Assembly (NCBI GenBank): GCA_964035575.1
Contig: OZ037838.1
Span: 620,001 to 684,000, forward strand
Direction: 5' to 3'
Source: Rhynchopus sp. YZ270_cl-10
Taxonomy: Eukaryota
DNA length: 64,000 nt
The position numbers and the translations under genes were made by a program. The notes under the pieces are model-generated. The model was given only the letters and a program-made list of their open reading frames with translations, made no database searches and was not told where the DNA came from. Position 1 is the stretch's first letter. Each line of letters begins with the position of its first letter. Shown here piece by piece: positions 20,744-31,320 of this stretch.

Positions 20744-21811
20744 TCACTCACTGTTGTGGGGGTACAGATGCATTGTCGCAATGACGCCATCTGGTTGCAT
20801 AACCACAACAACACGTGAACACGGCGATATCGCAAAGAACGTATCTGAGTTATGTGGCATCACATGCACACGGGACATGGTTGCCACATCAAACTGGTAC
20901 AGCAGGTGTGTATTCCTTACCACAAGGTACTTCCCACACGGGGTGAACTGCATGCCCAAGACATCTCCACGTATATCAACACTGCGAAGAGCCGCACCAC
21001 TCCAATCAAAGAGCTGCACGGTATTTTGCTCCCCCACAGCAAAGACAGAAGCAGACCGTGAGAGCGCCACGAGACACCACCCCTCCGCAGGCACACATGC
21101 CACAGCTTCACCTGTGTTCACATCCCACAGACGTGCGTTCTTCTCACGGTAGGAGGAGGTGATCACCCACCCACCACAGTCCGACACTGCTACGTCCCTG
21201 CACCGCTGAGGCGAGAGAGAGCGGAGCAACATCAGGTCTTCGTCATACACAGAGACGCCGTCTCTGCCCTCAGAGACAACAACACCGCCACACGCGAACA
21301 CTGAGTACGAGTTGCCGTCGACTTTGCGGAGCACCTCCCCACCCGGAAGCGCAACTTCACGAAGGTGGTCATGACACGGCAGGTAGCAGCGTGTCTTGCA
21401 CTCCGAGATGGCAGGCGGACCGACCACTTTAGTGTCCACTTCGAACGAGAAGACAGTGTTGAAGGTTTCTGTGTCGAAGCAGCCAACATGTCCATCCCTG
21501 TTACAATAGACGCAGAGCGTTCCACAAGGAGACAGTGACAAGCGTCCCCTATGGGTTGCAGTGTACTCAGCAGGACACTTGATGTCGGCAAAGCGGCGGG
21601 CAAGCACAACCTGCACCCTTGCATCAAACGCAGTGTCCTGCAGACGGCACGTCCCCTCCAGCACCTGCGTGCCGATGCGCATCTCGACAGACGCAGGCGA
21701 GACAGCAAGCGCCGTGCACGCAACCTCCTTTGCCGCTGCAACGTCCGCCTCGCACGGCACCTCCACTGTCGCAGTCACGCCTGACTCTTCCAGCACAAAG
21801 GTCACATCCAT
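20744..21811 (-). CDS. U8: UBL + beta-propeller (355 aa)
   Basis: Intact paralogous ORF; start at MDVTF. Confidence 0.9.
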   Translation of the reverse strand: MDVTFVLEESGVTATVEVPCEADVAAAKEVACTALAVSPASVEMRIGTQVLEGTCRLQDTAFDARVQVVLARRFADIKCPAEYTATHRGRLSLSPCGTLCVYCNRDGHVGCFDTETFNTVFSFEVDTKVVGPPAISECKTRCYLPCHDHLREVALPGGEVLRKVDGNSYSVFACGGVVVSEGRDGVSVYDEDLMLLRSLSPQRCRDVAVSDCGGWVITSSYREKNARLWDVNTGEAVACVPAEGWCLVALSRSASVFAVGEQNTVQLFDWSGAALRSVDIRGDVLGMQFTPCGKYLVVRNTHLLYQFDVATMSRVHVMPHNSDTFFAISPCSRVVVVMQPDGVIATMHLYPHNSE

Positions 21812-22158
21812 TGCGTTGTGTTGCTTCGTGAGAAGGTGCAAATCAGCACTGTTGCTCCACCACAAACGGAGGGAGTGATGAGGTGGGTGGGGGAGAGGTG
21901 TTGTTCTGTGTTGCATGTTTGTGGTGGCTCTCGTTGTGAGAGGTGACGAATGGAAAATGATACTCAGCATCGCGATCTGTCACCCACACGAGAGCACCGC
22001 ATGGGCAGCGTGTGAGGTGGGCGACTTGTGGCAAGCAAACAAGAGAAAAGCAGCAACAGGGCTGAAAGGGGAGTTTCTTGGGTGTTTTGAGGGTTTTGGG
22101 TTTTTTTGCTGGTACCCTGGGGTATATCGATCACCACCCTCCCTCCCCTGGTCACACA

Positions 22159-23229
22159 TCACTCACTGTTGTATGGGTACAGAAGCTTTGTCGCAATGAC
22201 GCCATTTGTTTGCATGACCACAAGAATACGTGAACACGGCGATATCGCAAATGACGTAGCATAGGCTTGCGGGACCACACGCACACAGGACATGGTTGCC
22301 ACATCATACTGGTGCAGCGCCTGTGGATTCTTTACCACAAGGTACTTCCCACACGGGGTGAACTGCATGCCCCAGATATCCCCATCCACATCAACACTGC
22401 GAAGAGCCGCACCACTCCAATCAAAGAGCTGCACAGTGCTCTCCTCCCCCACAGCAAAGACAGAGGCAGACCGTGAAAGCGCCACTCTACACTGCCACCC
22501 CTCCGCAGGCACACATGCCACAGCTTCACCTGTGTTCACATCCCACAGACGTACATTCTTCTCACGGTAGGAGTAGGTGATCACCCACCCACCACAGTCC
22601 GACACTGCCGCATCTCTGCACTCTTCGTGCGAGAGAAAGCGGAGCAACGTCAGGTCTTCGTCATACACAGAGACGCCGTCTTTGCCCTTCGAGACAACAA
22701 CACTGCCACACGCGAACACTGAGTACGAGATGCGGGCGACTTTGCGGACCACCTCCCCACCCGGAAGCGCAACCTCGAGAAGGCAATCCTCACACGCCAG
22801 GTAGCAGCGTGTCTTGCACTGCGAGATGGCAGGCCGACCGTACACTTCATTGTCCACATAAAACGAGAAGACAGTATCGAAGGTTTCTGTGTCGAAGCCG
22901 CCAACGTGCCCATTCCTGCTACAATAGACGCAGAGTGTTCCACAACGCGACAGTGACGAGTCTCTCACATACGTTGCAGTGTACTCAGCAGGACACTTGA
23001 TGTCAGCAAAGCGGCGGGCAAGCACAACCAGCACCCCTGCATCAAACGCAGTGTCCTGCAGACGGCACGTCCCCTCCAGCACCTGCGTGCCGATGCGCAT
23101 CTCGACAGACGCAGGCGAGACAGCAAGCGCCGTGCACGCAACCTCCTTTGCCGCTGCAACGTCCGCCTCGCACGGCACCTCCACTGTCGCAGTCACGCCT
23201 GACTCTTCCAGCACAAAGGTCACATCCAT
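22159..23229 (-). CDS. U9: UBL + beta-propeller (356 aa); also the second half of the U10-U9 read-through ORF
   Basis: Has its own MDVTF start at 23229 and a stop at 22159. Confidence 0.85.
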   Translation of the reverse strand: MDVTFVLEESGVTATVEVPCEADVAAAKEVACTALAVSPASVEMRIGTQVLEGTCRLQDTAFDAGVLVVLARRFADIKCPAEYTATYVRDSSLSRCGTLCVYCSRNGHVGGFDTETFDTVFSFYVDNEVYGRPAISQCKTRCYLACEDCLLEVALPGGEVVRKVARISYSVFACGSVVVSKGKDGVSVYDEDLTLLRFLSHEECRDAAVSDCGGWVITYSYREKNVRLWDVNTGEAVACVPAEGWQCRVALSRSASVFAVGEESTVQLFDWSGAALRSVDVDGDIWGMQFTPCGKYLVVKNPQALHQYDVATMSCVRVVPQAYATSFAISPCSRILVVMQTNGVIATKLLYPYNSE

Positions 23230-24612
23230 AATTGTTTCAAGAGCTGTGTTGGTGTGATGTTTTTTAATGTTCTGTTTGGTGGACAGTTGAAGGAACTGAG
23301 AGGGTGGACACGTGGAAAGAAGGGATGGGGTTGGGGGTCGTTGTTTTGGGTTGGGGAAGAAGTTCTGGCGCACATCTCTGTGTGGAGGGCGACGACGGCG
23401 GCCTTGGTGTTCGGCTGCGACGGGTGGTCTGTGGTGTCTTGCTCGTGGATGCAGATCTGCCATCACTGGATAGGTGTGGTGGGCAAGACGCATCACTCGT
23501 TGTGGGTACAGATGTCTCGTCACAATGGCGGTGCTGTTGGACAACGCAAACATAACCACACGCGAACATGGTGATATCGCAAATGACTGACCTGTGATAT
23601 CCGGGATCACAAGTACACAGGACATGGTCGCCACATCATACTGTTGCAACTCTGCACATGAAGTTAACAATTGTGCATGACTCTGTACTCTGACCACAAG
23701 GTACTTCCCACACGGGGTGAATTGCATGCCGCCGACGTCACTAACCACATCAATCCTGCCATCAACACTGCGAAGAGCCACACCACTCCAATCATAGAGG
23801 TGCACGTAACCAGAGCAGCACACAGCAAAGACAGAGGCAGACCGTGAAAGCGCCACTCTACACTGCCACCCCTCCGCAGGCACACATGCCACAGCTTCAC
23901 CTGTGTTCACATCCCACAGACGTGCGTTCTTCTCACGGTAGGAGTAGGTGATCACCCACCCACCACAGTCCGACACTGCCGCATCTCTGCACTCTTCGTG
24001 CGAGAGAGAGCGGAGCAACGTCAGGTCTTCGTCATACACAGAGACGCCGTCTTTGCCCTTCGAGACAACAACACCGCCACACGCGAACACTTTGAACGAG
24101 CTGCCTTCAGTATCGACTTTGCGGAGCACCTCCCCACCAGGAAGCGCAACCTCGAGAAGGCCTTCCACACACGGCAGGTAGCAGCGTGTCTTGCACTGAG
24201 AGATGGCAGGCGGACCGACCACTTCCGTGTCCGCTTCAAACGAGAAGACAGTGTTGAAGGTTTCTGTGTCGAAGCCAACAACATTCTTCTCATGAATATA
24301 GATGCAGAGTGTTCCACAACGCGACAGCGACATCGCTACGTGCCCCGATGACCTCTCGAAATTGTACTCAGCAGGACACTTGATGTCGGCAAAGCGGCGT
24401 GCAAGCACAACCTGCACCCCTGCATCAAACGCAGTGTCCTGCAGACGGCACGTCCCCTCCAGCACCTGCGTGCCGATGCGCATCTCGACAGACGCAGGCG
24501 AGACAGCAAGCGCCGTGCACGCAACCTCCTTTGCCGCTGCAACCTTCGCCTCGCACGGCACCTCCACTGTCGCAGTCACGCCTGACTCTTCCAGCACAAA
24601 GGTCACATCCAT
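22159..24612 (-). CDS. U10 read through into U9: tandem (UBL-propeller)x2, 817 aa
   Basis: The U10 end reads ccacaacgagtgatg versus the normal ccacacaacagtgagtgatg, i.e. 5 nt shorter. The stop is lost and the frame stays open into U9. Confidence 0.65.
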   Translation of the reverse strand: MDVTFVLEESGVTATVEVPCEAKVAAAKEVACTALAVSPASVEMRIGTQVLEGTCRLQDTAFDAGVQVVLARRFADIKCPAEYNFERSSGHVAMSLSRCGTLCIYIHEKNVVGFDTETFNTVFSFEADTEVVGPPAISQCKTRCYLPCVEGLLEVALPGGEVLRKVDTEGSSFKVFACGGVVVSKGKDGVSVYDEDLTLLRSLSHEECRDAAVSDCGGWVITYSYREKNARLWDVNTGEAVACVPAEGWQCRVALSRSASVFAVCCSGYVHLYDWSGVALRSVDGRIDVVSDVGGMQFTPCGKYLVVRVQSHAQLLTSCAELQQYDVATMSCVLVIPDITGQSFAISPCSRVVMFALSNSTAIVTRHLYPQRVMRLAHHTYPVMADLHPRARHHRPPVAAEHQGRRRRPPHRDVRQNFFPNPKQRPPTPSLLSTCPPSQFLQLSTKQNIKKHHTNTALETIMDVTFVLEESGVTATVEVPCEADVAAAKEVACTALAVSPASVEMRIGTQVLEGTCRLQDTAFDAGVLVVLARRFADIKCPAEYTATYVRDSSLSRCGTLCVYCSRNGHVGGFDTETFDTVFSFYVDNEVYGRPAISQCKTRCYLACEDCLLEVALPGGEVVRKVARISYSVFACGSVVVSKGKDGVSVYDEDLTLLRFLSHEECRDAAVSDCGGWVITYSYREKNVRLWDVNTGEAVACVPAEGWQCRVALSRSASVFAVGEESTVQLFDWSGAALRSVDVDGDIWGMQFTPCGKYLVVKNPQALHQYDVATMSCVRVVPQAYATSFAISPCSRILVVMQTNGVIATKLLYPYNSE

Positions 24613-24963
24613 TGTGTTGCGTTGCTTCGTGAGAAGGTGCAAATCAGCACGTTTGCTCCACCACAAACGGAGGGAGTGATGAGGTGGGTGGGGGAGAGGT
24701 GTTGTTCTGTGTTGCATGTTTGTGGTGGTTCTCCTTGTGAGAGGTGACGAATGGAAAATGATACTCAACATCGCGATCTGTCACCCACACGAGAGCACCG
24801 CATGGGCAGCGTGTGAGGTGGGCGCCTGTGGCAAGCAAACAAGAGAAAAGCAGCAACAGGGCTGAAAGGGGAGTTTATTGGGTGTTTTGAGGGTTTTGGG
24901 TTTTTTTGCTGGTACCCTGGGGTATATCGATCACCACCCTCCCTCCCCTCCCCTGGTCACACA

Positions 24964-26049
24964 TCACTCACTGTTGTATGGGTACAGAAGCTTTGTCGCA
25001 ATGACGCCATTTGTTTGCATGACCACAAGAATACGTGAACACGGCGATATCGCAAATGACGTAGCATAGGTTTGAGGTATCACACGCACACAGGACATGG
25101 TTGCCACATCATACTGGTGCAGCGCCTGTGGATTCTTTACCACAAGGTACTTCCCACACGGGGTGAACTGCATGCCCCAGATATCCCCATCCACATCAAC
25201 ACTGCGAAGAGCCGCACCACTCCAATCAAAGAGCTGCACAGTGCTCTCCTCCCCCACAGCAAAGACAGAGGCAGACCGTGAAAGCGCCACTCTACACTGC
25301 CACCCCTCCGCAGGCACACATGCCACAGCTTCACCTGTGTTCACATCCCACAGACATGCGTTCTTCTCACGGTAGGAGTAGGTGATCACCCACCCACCAC
25401 AGTCCGACACTGCCGCATCTCTGCACTTTTCGTGAGAGAGAGAGCGGAGCAACGTCAGGTCTTCGTCATACACAGAGACGCCGTCTTTGCCCTTCGAGAC
25501 AACAACACTGCCACACGCGACCACTGTGAACGAGCTGACTTCAGTATCGACTTTGCGGAGCACCTCCCCACCAGGAAGCGCAACTTCGAGAAGGTAATCC
25601 ATGCACGGCAGGTAGCAGCGTGTCTTGCACTCCGAGATGGCAGGCGGACCGACCACTTCCGTGTCCGCTTCAAATGAGAAGACAGTGTCGAAGGTTTCTG
25701 TGTCGAAGCCAACAACATTCTTCTCATGAATATAGATGCAGAGTGTTCCACAACGCGACAGCGACATCGCTACGTGCCCCGATGACCTCTCGACATTGTA
25801 CTCAGCAGGACACTTGATGTTGGCAAAGCGGCGGGCAAGCACAACCTGCACCCCTGAATCAAACGCAGTGTCCTGCAGACGGCACGTCCCCTCCAGCACC
25901 TGCGTGCCGATGCGCATCTCGACAGACGCAGGCGAGACAGCAAGCGCCGTGCACGCAACCTCCTTTGCCGCTGCAACGTCCGCCTCGCACGGCACCTCCA
26001 CTGTCGCAGTCACACCTGACTCTTCCAGCACAAAGGTCACATCCATCAT
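24964..26049 (-). CDS. U11: UBL + beta-propeller (361 aa)
   Basis: Intact paralogous ORF; start at MMDVTF. Confidence 0.9.
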   Translation of the reverse strand: MMDVTFVLEESGVTATVEVPCEADVAAAKEVACTALAVSPASVEMRIGTQVLEGTCRLQDTAFDSGVQVVLARRFANIKCPAEYNVERSSGHVAMSLSRCGTLCIYIHEKNVVGFDTETFDTVFSFEADTEVVGPPAISECKTRCYLPCMDYLLEVALPGGEVLRKVDTEVSSFTVVACGSVVVSKGKDGVSVYDEDLTLLRSLSHEKCRDAAVSDCGGWVITYSYREKNACLWDVNTGEAVACVPAEGWQCRVALSRSASVFAVGEESTVQLFDWSGAALRSVDVDGDIWGMQFTPCGKYLVVKNPQALHQYDVATMSCVRVIPQTYATSFAISPCSRILVVMQTNGVIATKLLYPYNSE

Positions 26050-26370
26050 TGGTTCTTCTTCTTTGCTCCACTGCTCACGGGGGTGATGATGAGGTGGGTG
26101 GGGGAGAGGTGTTGTTCTGTGTTGCATGTTTGTGGTGGTTCTCGTTGAGAGAGGTGACGAAAGGAAAACAACACTCGGCATCGGGATCTGTCACCCACAC
26201 GAGAGCCGCATGGGCAGCGTGTGAGGTGGGCGCCTGTGGCAAGCAAACAAGAAAAGAGCAGCAACAGGGCTGAAGGGGAGTTTCTTGGGGTGTTTTGAGG
26301 TCTGGGTTTTTTTTGCTGTTATATTCATCACCACCCATACTGTAAACTTGTTTAAGTAGCTTTGCTACGC

Positions 26371-27326
26371 CAGGGGGGTCTCTAGGATAAAATATGTCGC
26401 GAATAAGAAAGTCTTTTCCCCCTCCCCCTTTTTCGCTATGTATATATTTTTTTTTTGCGCGTACCATTTACAGAGATGGAGATAGATTTGGGATTTTTCA
26501 AAAAAGACCCGGTTTGACCCGGTCTGACCCGGTCTGAGCTTTTTGGGGTCAAAAAAAAAAAAAACTTTCGCGCTGCGCGCGAAAATGACACTGCATGTGC
26601 GACCTGGTTATTACACTTCTTTGGCGGGGAACTTGCGCAACAGCGTTTGTGACTTGATGAAGGGGAGTAGGGTCCATGTTCCCCCTTTGTGCAGCACACC
26701 GAACTTCACGCACTCGGCAAAAGTGGATTTCTCGGCGGTCATGGACCCAAAGGTTCCTGGCGAAGCCACGGTACGCAACATTTCAAAAAAATTGCGCTTA
26801 AAATTGTACATTTTGGGGTGGGTTGCAAGCTTGCAATCTTGCGCCGCAGGCGCACGGTACGCTACATTTATTATTTCGCCATGCTGCATGCTTCCTTTTC
26901 CTTCGGCGTTTGACTAATTGAGTCGCGTTCTGGCTGTGACGGGGTCACTTTGTTCATGAGGCCATTTCTGGTCACTCTCAGAGGCTCGTGTGAGGTACCA
27001 AAAAAAATCGATTTTCTCCCAAAATTCCAAATCCCATTTTTTTTTTTTTTTTTTGACCCGGTTTTGAAACCGGGTCAGTAGACGCACCTCCACCCCTGAC
27101 CATTTATCTATTGCTACGTGCCCTTTTGTTGTTATTGCTTACCACTTGCTTCGGCAAGGTTGGTTGAGGACTTTACGGGGAAATCTCACCACGACCTTCA
27201 TCAGTATTTTTTGTGTTGTGTTTCCCCAGTCTCGCCCTCATGACCACATACCTCGCTGCCGTTTTTTCGGCGCTTTTAACCAAAAGAGACCTTTCACCCC
27301 ATATTTTATCCTAAAGAGATCCCCTG
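26371..27326. mobile_element. Non-autonomous TIR element (hAT-like CAGGG ends) in an array spacer
   Basis: Imperfect ~26-bp TIRs: caggggggtctctaggataaaatatg / catattttatcctaaagagatcccctg. Contains the ggcgaagccacggtacgcaacattt repeat family. No clear TSD. Confidence 0.6.
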
Positions 27327-27334
27327 GTCACACA

Positions 27335-28453
27335 TCACTCACTGTTGTGTGGGTACAGATGTCTTGTAACAATGACGCCAGGTGATTGCAAAACCACAAC
27401 AACACGTGAACACGGCGATATCGCAAAGGACACACCTGAGTTTTGCGGTATCACACGCACACAGGACATGGTCGCCACATCATACTGGTGCAGGTGTACA
27501 CTGTACTCAGAACTGTCGTCTTCGTCATTATCAGATTCAGCGACAAATACCCCCACCACAAGGTACTTCCCACACGGGGTGAACTGCATGCCCCAGAGAC
27601 CCCCATACCCACCCACATCAACACTGCGAAGAGCCGCACCACTCCAATCATAGAGCTGCACACTGCTAGCGTTCTCCACAGCAAAGACAGAGGCAGACCG
27701 TGAAAGCGCCACTTGACACCACCCCTTCGCAGGCACACATGCCACAGCTTCACCTGTGTTCACATCCCACAGACGTGCCTTCTCCAAGGCGGAGGAGGTG
27801 ATCACCCACACACCACAGTCCGACACTGCCACGTACCTGCACCCTTCGTGCGAGAGAGAGCGGAGCAACGTCAGGTCTTCGTCATACACAGAGACGCAGT
27901 CTCCACTCTTTGAGACAACAACACCGCCACACGCAAACACTGACCCCGAGATGCCGTCGACTTTGCGGAGCACCTCCCCACCCGGAAGCGCAACCTCGAA
28001 AAGGCCTTGCTTCCTGCATGCTAGGTAGCAGCGTGTCTTGCACTGCGAGATGGCAGGTGCAACGAGTGTCACGTTCACCTTTAACGAGAAGACAGTGTCA
28101 AAGGTTTCTGTGTCGAAGCCAGCAACATTTCCACGATCACTAACGATGCACAGCGTTCCACAACGCGACAGCGACATCGTTGTTGGTTGCTCCTGTCCAT
28201 TGTACTCAGCAGGACACTTGATGTCGGCAAAGCGAGGGCGGGCAAGCACAACCTGCACCCCTGCATCAAACGCAGTGTCCTGCAGACGGCACGTCCCCTC
28301 CAGCACCTGCGTGCCGATGCGCATCTCGACAGACGCAGGCGAGACAGCAAGCGCCGTGCACGCAACCTCCTTTGCCGCTGCAACGTCCGCCTCGCACGGC
28401 ACCTCCACTGTTGCAGTCACACCTGACTCTTCCAGCACAAAGGTCACATCCAT
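27335..28453 (-). CDS. U12: UBL + beta-propeller (372 aa)
   Basis: Intact paralogous ORF; start at MDVTF. Confidence 0.9.
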   Translation of the reverse strand: MDVTFVLEESGVTATVEVPCEADVAAAKEVACTALAVSPASVEMRIGTQVLEGTCRLQDTAFDAGVQVVLARPRFADIKCPAEYNGQEQPTTMSLSRCGTLCIVSDRGNVAGFDTETFDTVFSLKVNVTLVAPAISQCKTRCYLACRKQGLFEVALPGGEVLRKVDGISGSVFACGGVVVSKSGDCVSVYDEDLTLLRSLSHEGCRYVAVSDCGVWVITSSALEKARLWDVNTGEAVACVPAKGWCQVALSRSASVFAVENASSVQLYDWSGAALRSVDVGGYGGLWGMQFTPCGKYLVVGVFVAESDNDEDDSSEYSVHLHQYDVATMSCVRVIPQNSGVSFAISPCSRVVVVLQSPGVIVTRHLYPHNSE

Positions 28454-28836
28454 TGTTTTGTCTTCTTCTTGTTCCACCTCTGTTGGGAGATGAGGTGTGG
28501 GTTGTTTTGTGGGCTTGTGGCAAAGGGAGGAGAGGGTGGTCTAATTGCTGTTGATGTGAATGCGAATCGTTTCTTGTCTTTGAAACAATCACACAGAATC
28601 GACAAATATGTCTGTTTTGATGCAGATCCACTCCAGAAAGGAGCTCTTCTCCCAGAGGAGAACCACCACATCTGCACGTTTCTGTACGGCGTGGGGTGCA
28701 GACGTTGGTGTCTTGATTGTCCACGTCCACGGTCTCGAAGCTGTCTGTGAAATCTGCGTGCGGGAAGTTCACCTCTGCACCTTTCCCCTATCCACACGGT
28801 CGATGCACGGCGTACCGCTTTCATGGAACAGCGCTC

Positions 28837-30531
28837 TCAGGGCACCCCCTTGGCATCACGTCCAATGCGCAGCACGTCAAGAATAGCAGTGGCATTCGCC
28901 TTCTTGGGCAACCGTTTTGCAACCTCTAGGGGTGTGCGCCCTGCGTGGTTCACTGCATCGACAGAGGCACCGTGCTTGACGAGCATGTGCACCACGTCAC
29001 CCTGCGGGTCATTATTTTTGCTTACAGCATGGTGCAGTGCAGTGTTGCCATTCTTGGCCACAGTGGACAGCGACGCACCCGCTTCAAGAAGAGCAACAAC
29101 AGCATCCTTGTTGCCACACTCGGATGCCCTGTGCAAGGGTGTGCGTCCGAGGCTGTCGACTGCATCGACACAGGCACCGTGCTTGAGAATCATGCGCACA
29201 AAGTCAGCTTGGGGGTCGTTCATTTTGATGGCAGCATGGTGCAGTGCAGTGTTGCCTTTCTTGTCTGCTCCTGCAACCGACGCACCCGCTTCAACAAGAG
29301 CAACAACAGCAACCTTGTTGCCACCATGGGATGCCTTGTGGAGGGGTGTGTTACCAGATTTGTTGGCCGTGTGGACAGAGGCACCGTGCTTGACAAGGAT
29401 GTGCACGAGGTCAGCTTGGGGGTCGTTCTCAGAGCTGGCAGCATGGTGCAGTGCAGTGTTGCCAATCGCGTCCACAGTGGACAGCGACGCACCCGCATCA
29501 ACAAGAGCTACAACAGCAGCCTTGTTGCCACAATATGATGCCCTGTGCAGGGGTGTGCGCCCTGACTTTTCGCCTGCATCGACAGAGGCACCGTGCTTGA
29601 GAAGCATGTGCACGAGGTCAGCTTGGGGGTCGTTCTCAGAGCTGGCAGCATGGTGCAGTGCAGTGTTGCCATTCGTGTCCACAGTGGAAAGTGACGCACC
29701 GGCTTCAAAAAGAGCAACAACAGCAGCCTTGTTGCCACAATATGATGCCTTGTGGAGGGGTGTGCGCCCTGAGTTGTCGACTGCATCGACAGAGGCACCG
29801 TGCTTGAGAAGCATGTGCACGAGGTCAGCTTGGGGGTCGTTCTCAACGCTTGCAGCATAGTGCAGTGCAGTGTTGCGAACTCTGTCTGTTGTGGCCACCG
29901 ACGCACCGGCTTCGACAAGAGCAACAACAGCAACCTTGTTTCCACACCGTAACGCATTGTGGAGGGGTGTTTGCCTTGATTTGTTCTTTACTTCAAGAGA
30001 GGCACCGTGCTTGAGAAGCATGTGCACGAGGTCAGCTTGGAGGTCGTTTTCAGTGCTGGCAGCATGGTGCAGTGCAGTGTTGCCGTCACTGTCCACAGCG
30101 GACAGCGATGCACCCCTTGTGATGAGCTCGTTGAGACAACCAAGGCTCCCCTTTGCAGCATGCAGCAGTGCGGTCATACCGCGAGGTGACACAACGTCCA
30201 GCGCCACACCAGCATCGAGGAGAAGAACTAAACACCCGACATGGCCCCCGCTTGCACAGATCATGAGGGGTGTCGTGCCCGTGTCGTCACACACGTCCAA
30301 CAGCGCAGGCAGCGTGGTGTCTCTTCCCCTCACTGCCGTGTTTGTGTCAGGCGCAAACTGTTCGGAAAGCATCGCCCTGAGGGACTCCTGCTGATCCCCC
30401 CTGCACATAGAGCACACAGCATGGTGTGGGCCTGCTGCACACCTTGCCGCCACAACCAACACCGCATCAGCACACTTTGTTCGCTTAGGTGGGTTCTCAT
30501 CCGATGCCCTGTCTGCGTGTCGCTTCGACAT
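28837..30531 (-). CDS. Ankyrin-repeat protein (~14 repeats, mostly alternating 36+33 aa units) embedded in the array
   Basis: GNTALHHAA...LLKHGASV and GRTPLH.AS.CGN..AVVAL.EAGAS repeats with a 207-nt DNA period. ATG at 30531 (MSKRHADRASDENPPKRTK, NLS-like). Confidence 0.92.
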   Translation of the reverse strand: MSKRHADRASDENPPKRTKCADAVLVVAARCAAGPHHAVCSMCRGDQQESLRAMLSEQFAPDTNTAVRGRDTTLPALLDVCDDTGTTPLMICASGGHVGCLVLLLDAGVALDVVSPRGMTALLHAAKGSLGCLNELITRGASLSAVDSDGNTALHHAASTENDLQADLVHMLLKHGASLEVKNKSRQTPLHNALRCGNKVAVVALVEAGASVATTDRVRNTALHYAASVENDPQADLVHMLLKHGASVDAVDNSGRTPLHKASYCGNKAAVVALFEAGASLSTVDTNGNTALHHAASSENDPQADLVHMLLKHGASVDAGEKSGRTPLHRASYCGNKAAVVALVDAGASLSTVDAIGNTALHHAASSENDPQADLVHILVKHGASVHTANKSGNTPLHKASHGGNKVAVVALVEAGASVAGADKKGNTALHHAAIKMNDPQADFVRMILKHGACVDAVDSLGRTPLHRASECGNKDAVVALLEAGASLSTVAKNGNTALHHAVSKNNDPQGDVVHMLVKHGASVDAVNHAGRTPLEVAKRLPKKANATAILDVLRIGRDAKGVP

Positions 30532-30916
30532 GGTCTTATGCCTTTGTGATGCTGTAAGGAGGGAAGGGTGTAACAAAAACTACTTCTCTTTAAAACAACA
30601 CAAACTGCTGACCAACTCTCACGAAGGTAGCATCTACGTGCAGAGCACTACAGGGGACATCACGACCAATGCCTGCCTAGCAACCTGGAGGACATTCCTG
30701 AAGCCGGCCCTTCTCTGGACACGAAAGGAAAATGGTACTCAGCATCGCGATCTATCACCCACACGAGAGCGCCGCATGGGCAGTGTGTGAGGTGGCGACC
30801 TGTGGCAGGCAAAGAGAAAATCAACAGGGCTGAAAGGGGAGTTTCTTGGGTGTTTTGAGGGTCTTGGTTTTTTGGTGGGACTCTAGGTTATATTCATCAC
30901 CACCCTCCCTCCCCTA

Positions 30917-31301
30917 CAGGCATGAGAATAAGCCCCGGACCCCGGATCCGGGCCCCACACCCCCTGCCCTACCCTTGCTCCCTTCCCAGCTCTAAGAACT
31001 TGTCCACTATGGAAAAGTGACCCCACCACTGTCCGCACGGATTCCAAAAATGCAAATGACGGTGTGTTGGTACTTTCAGTTTGCATCCTGCCCGGCACTG
31101 ATTTACTCCCTTGTTGACCGTAGTGTGAGACAGGAGAAAGCCCCATTTCTGAAAATTGATATAGATTAGAATCAACTTTGATATCCCCTCGCCCACCCTA
31201 CACCCAACTTGTCGATCACCCCTCCAAAAGCAGCGAGCCCCTCACTCCCACCTCACACCTTCGTGAAGTGCCCGCACCACCAAACCTTATCCTCACGTCT
31301 G
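30917..31301. mobile_element. hAT-like MITE inserted in an array spacer
   Basis: Imperfect TIRs caggcatgagaataag / cttatcctcacgtctg, with an 8-bp TSD ctccccta / ctcccctc (7 of 8 match). Confidence 0.7.
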
Positions 31302-31320
31302 CTCCCCTCCCCTGGTCACA

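Noticed and set aside
28823..29860. 345-aa plus-strand ORF
   Set aside because: Antisense shadow of the ankyrin repeats.
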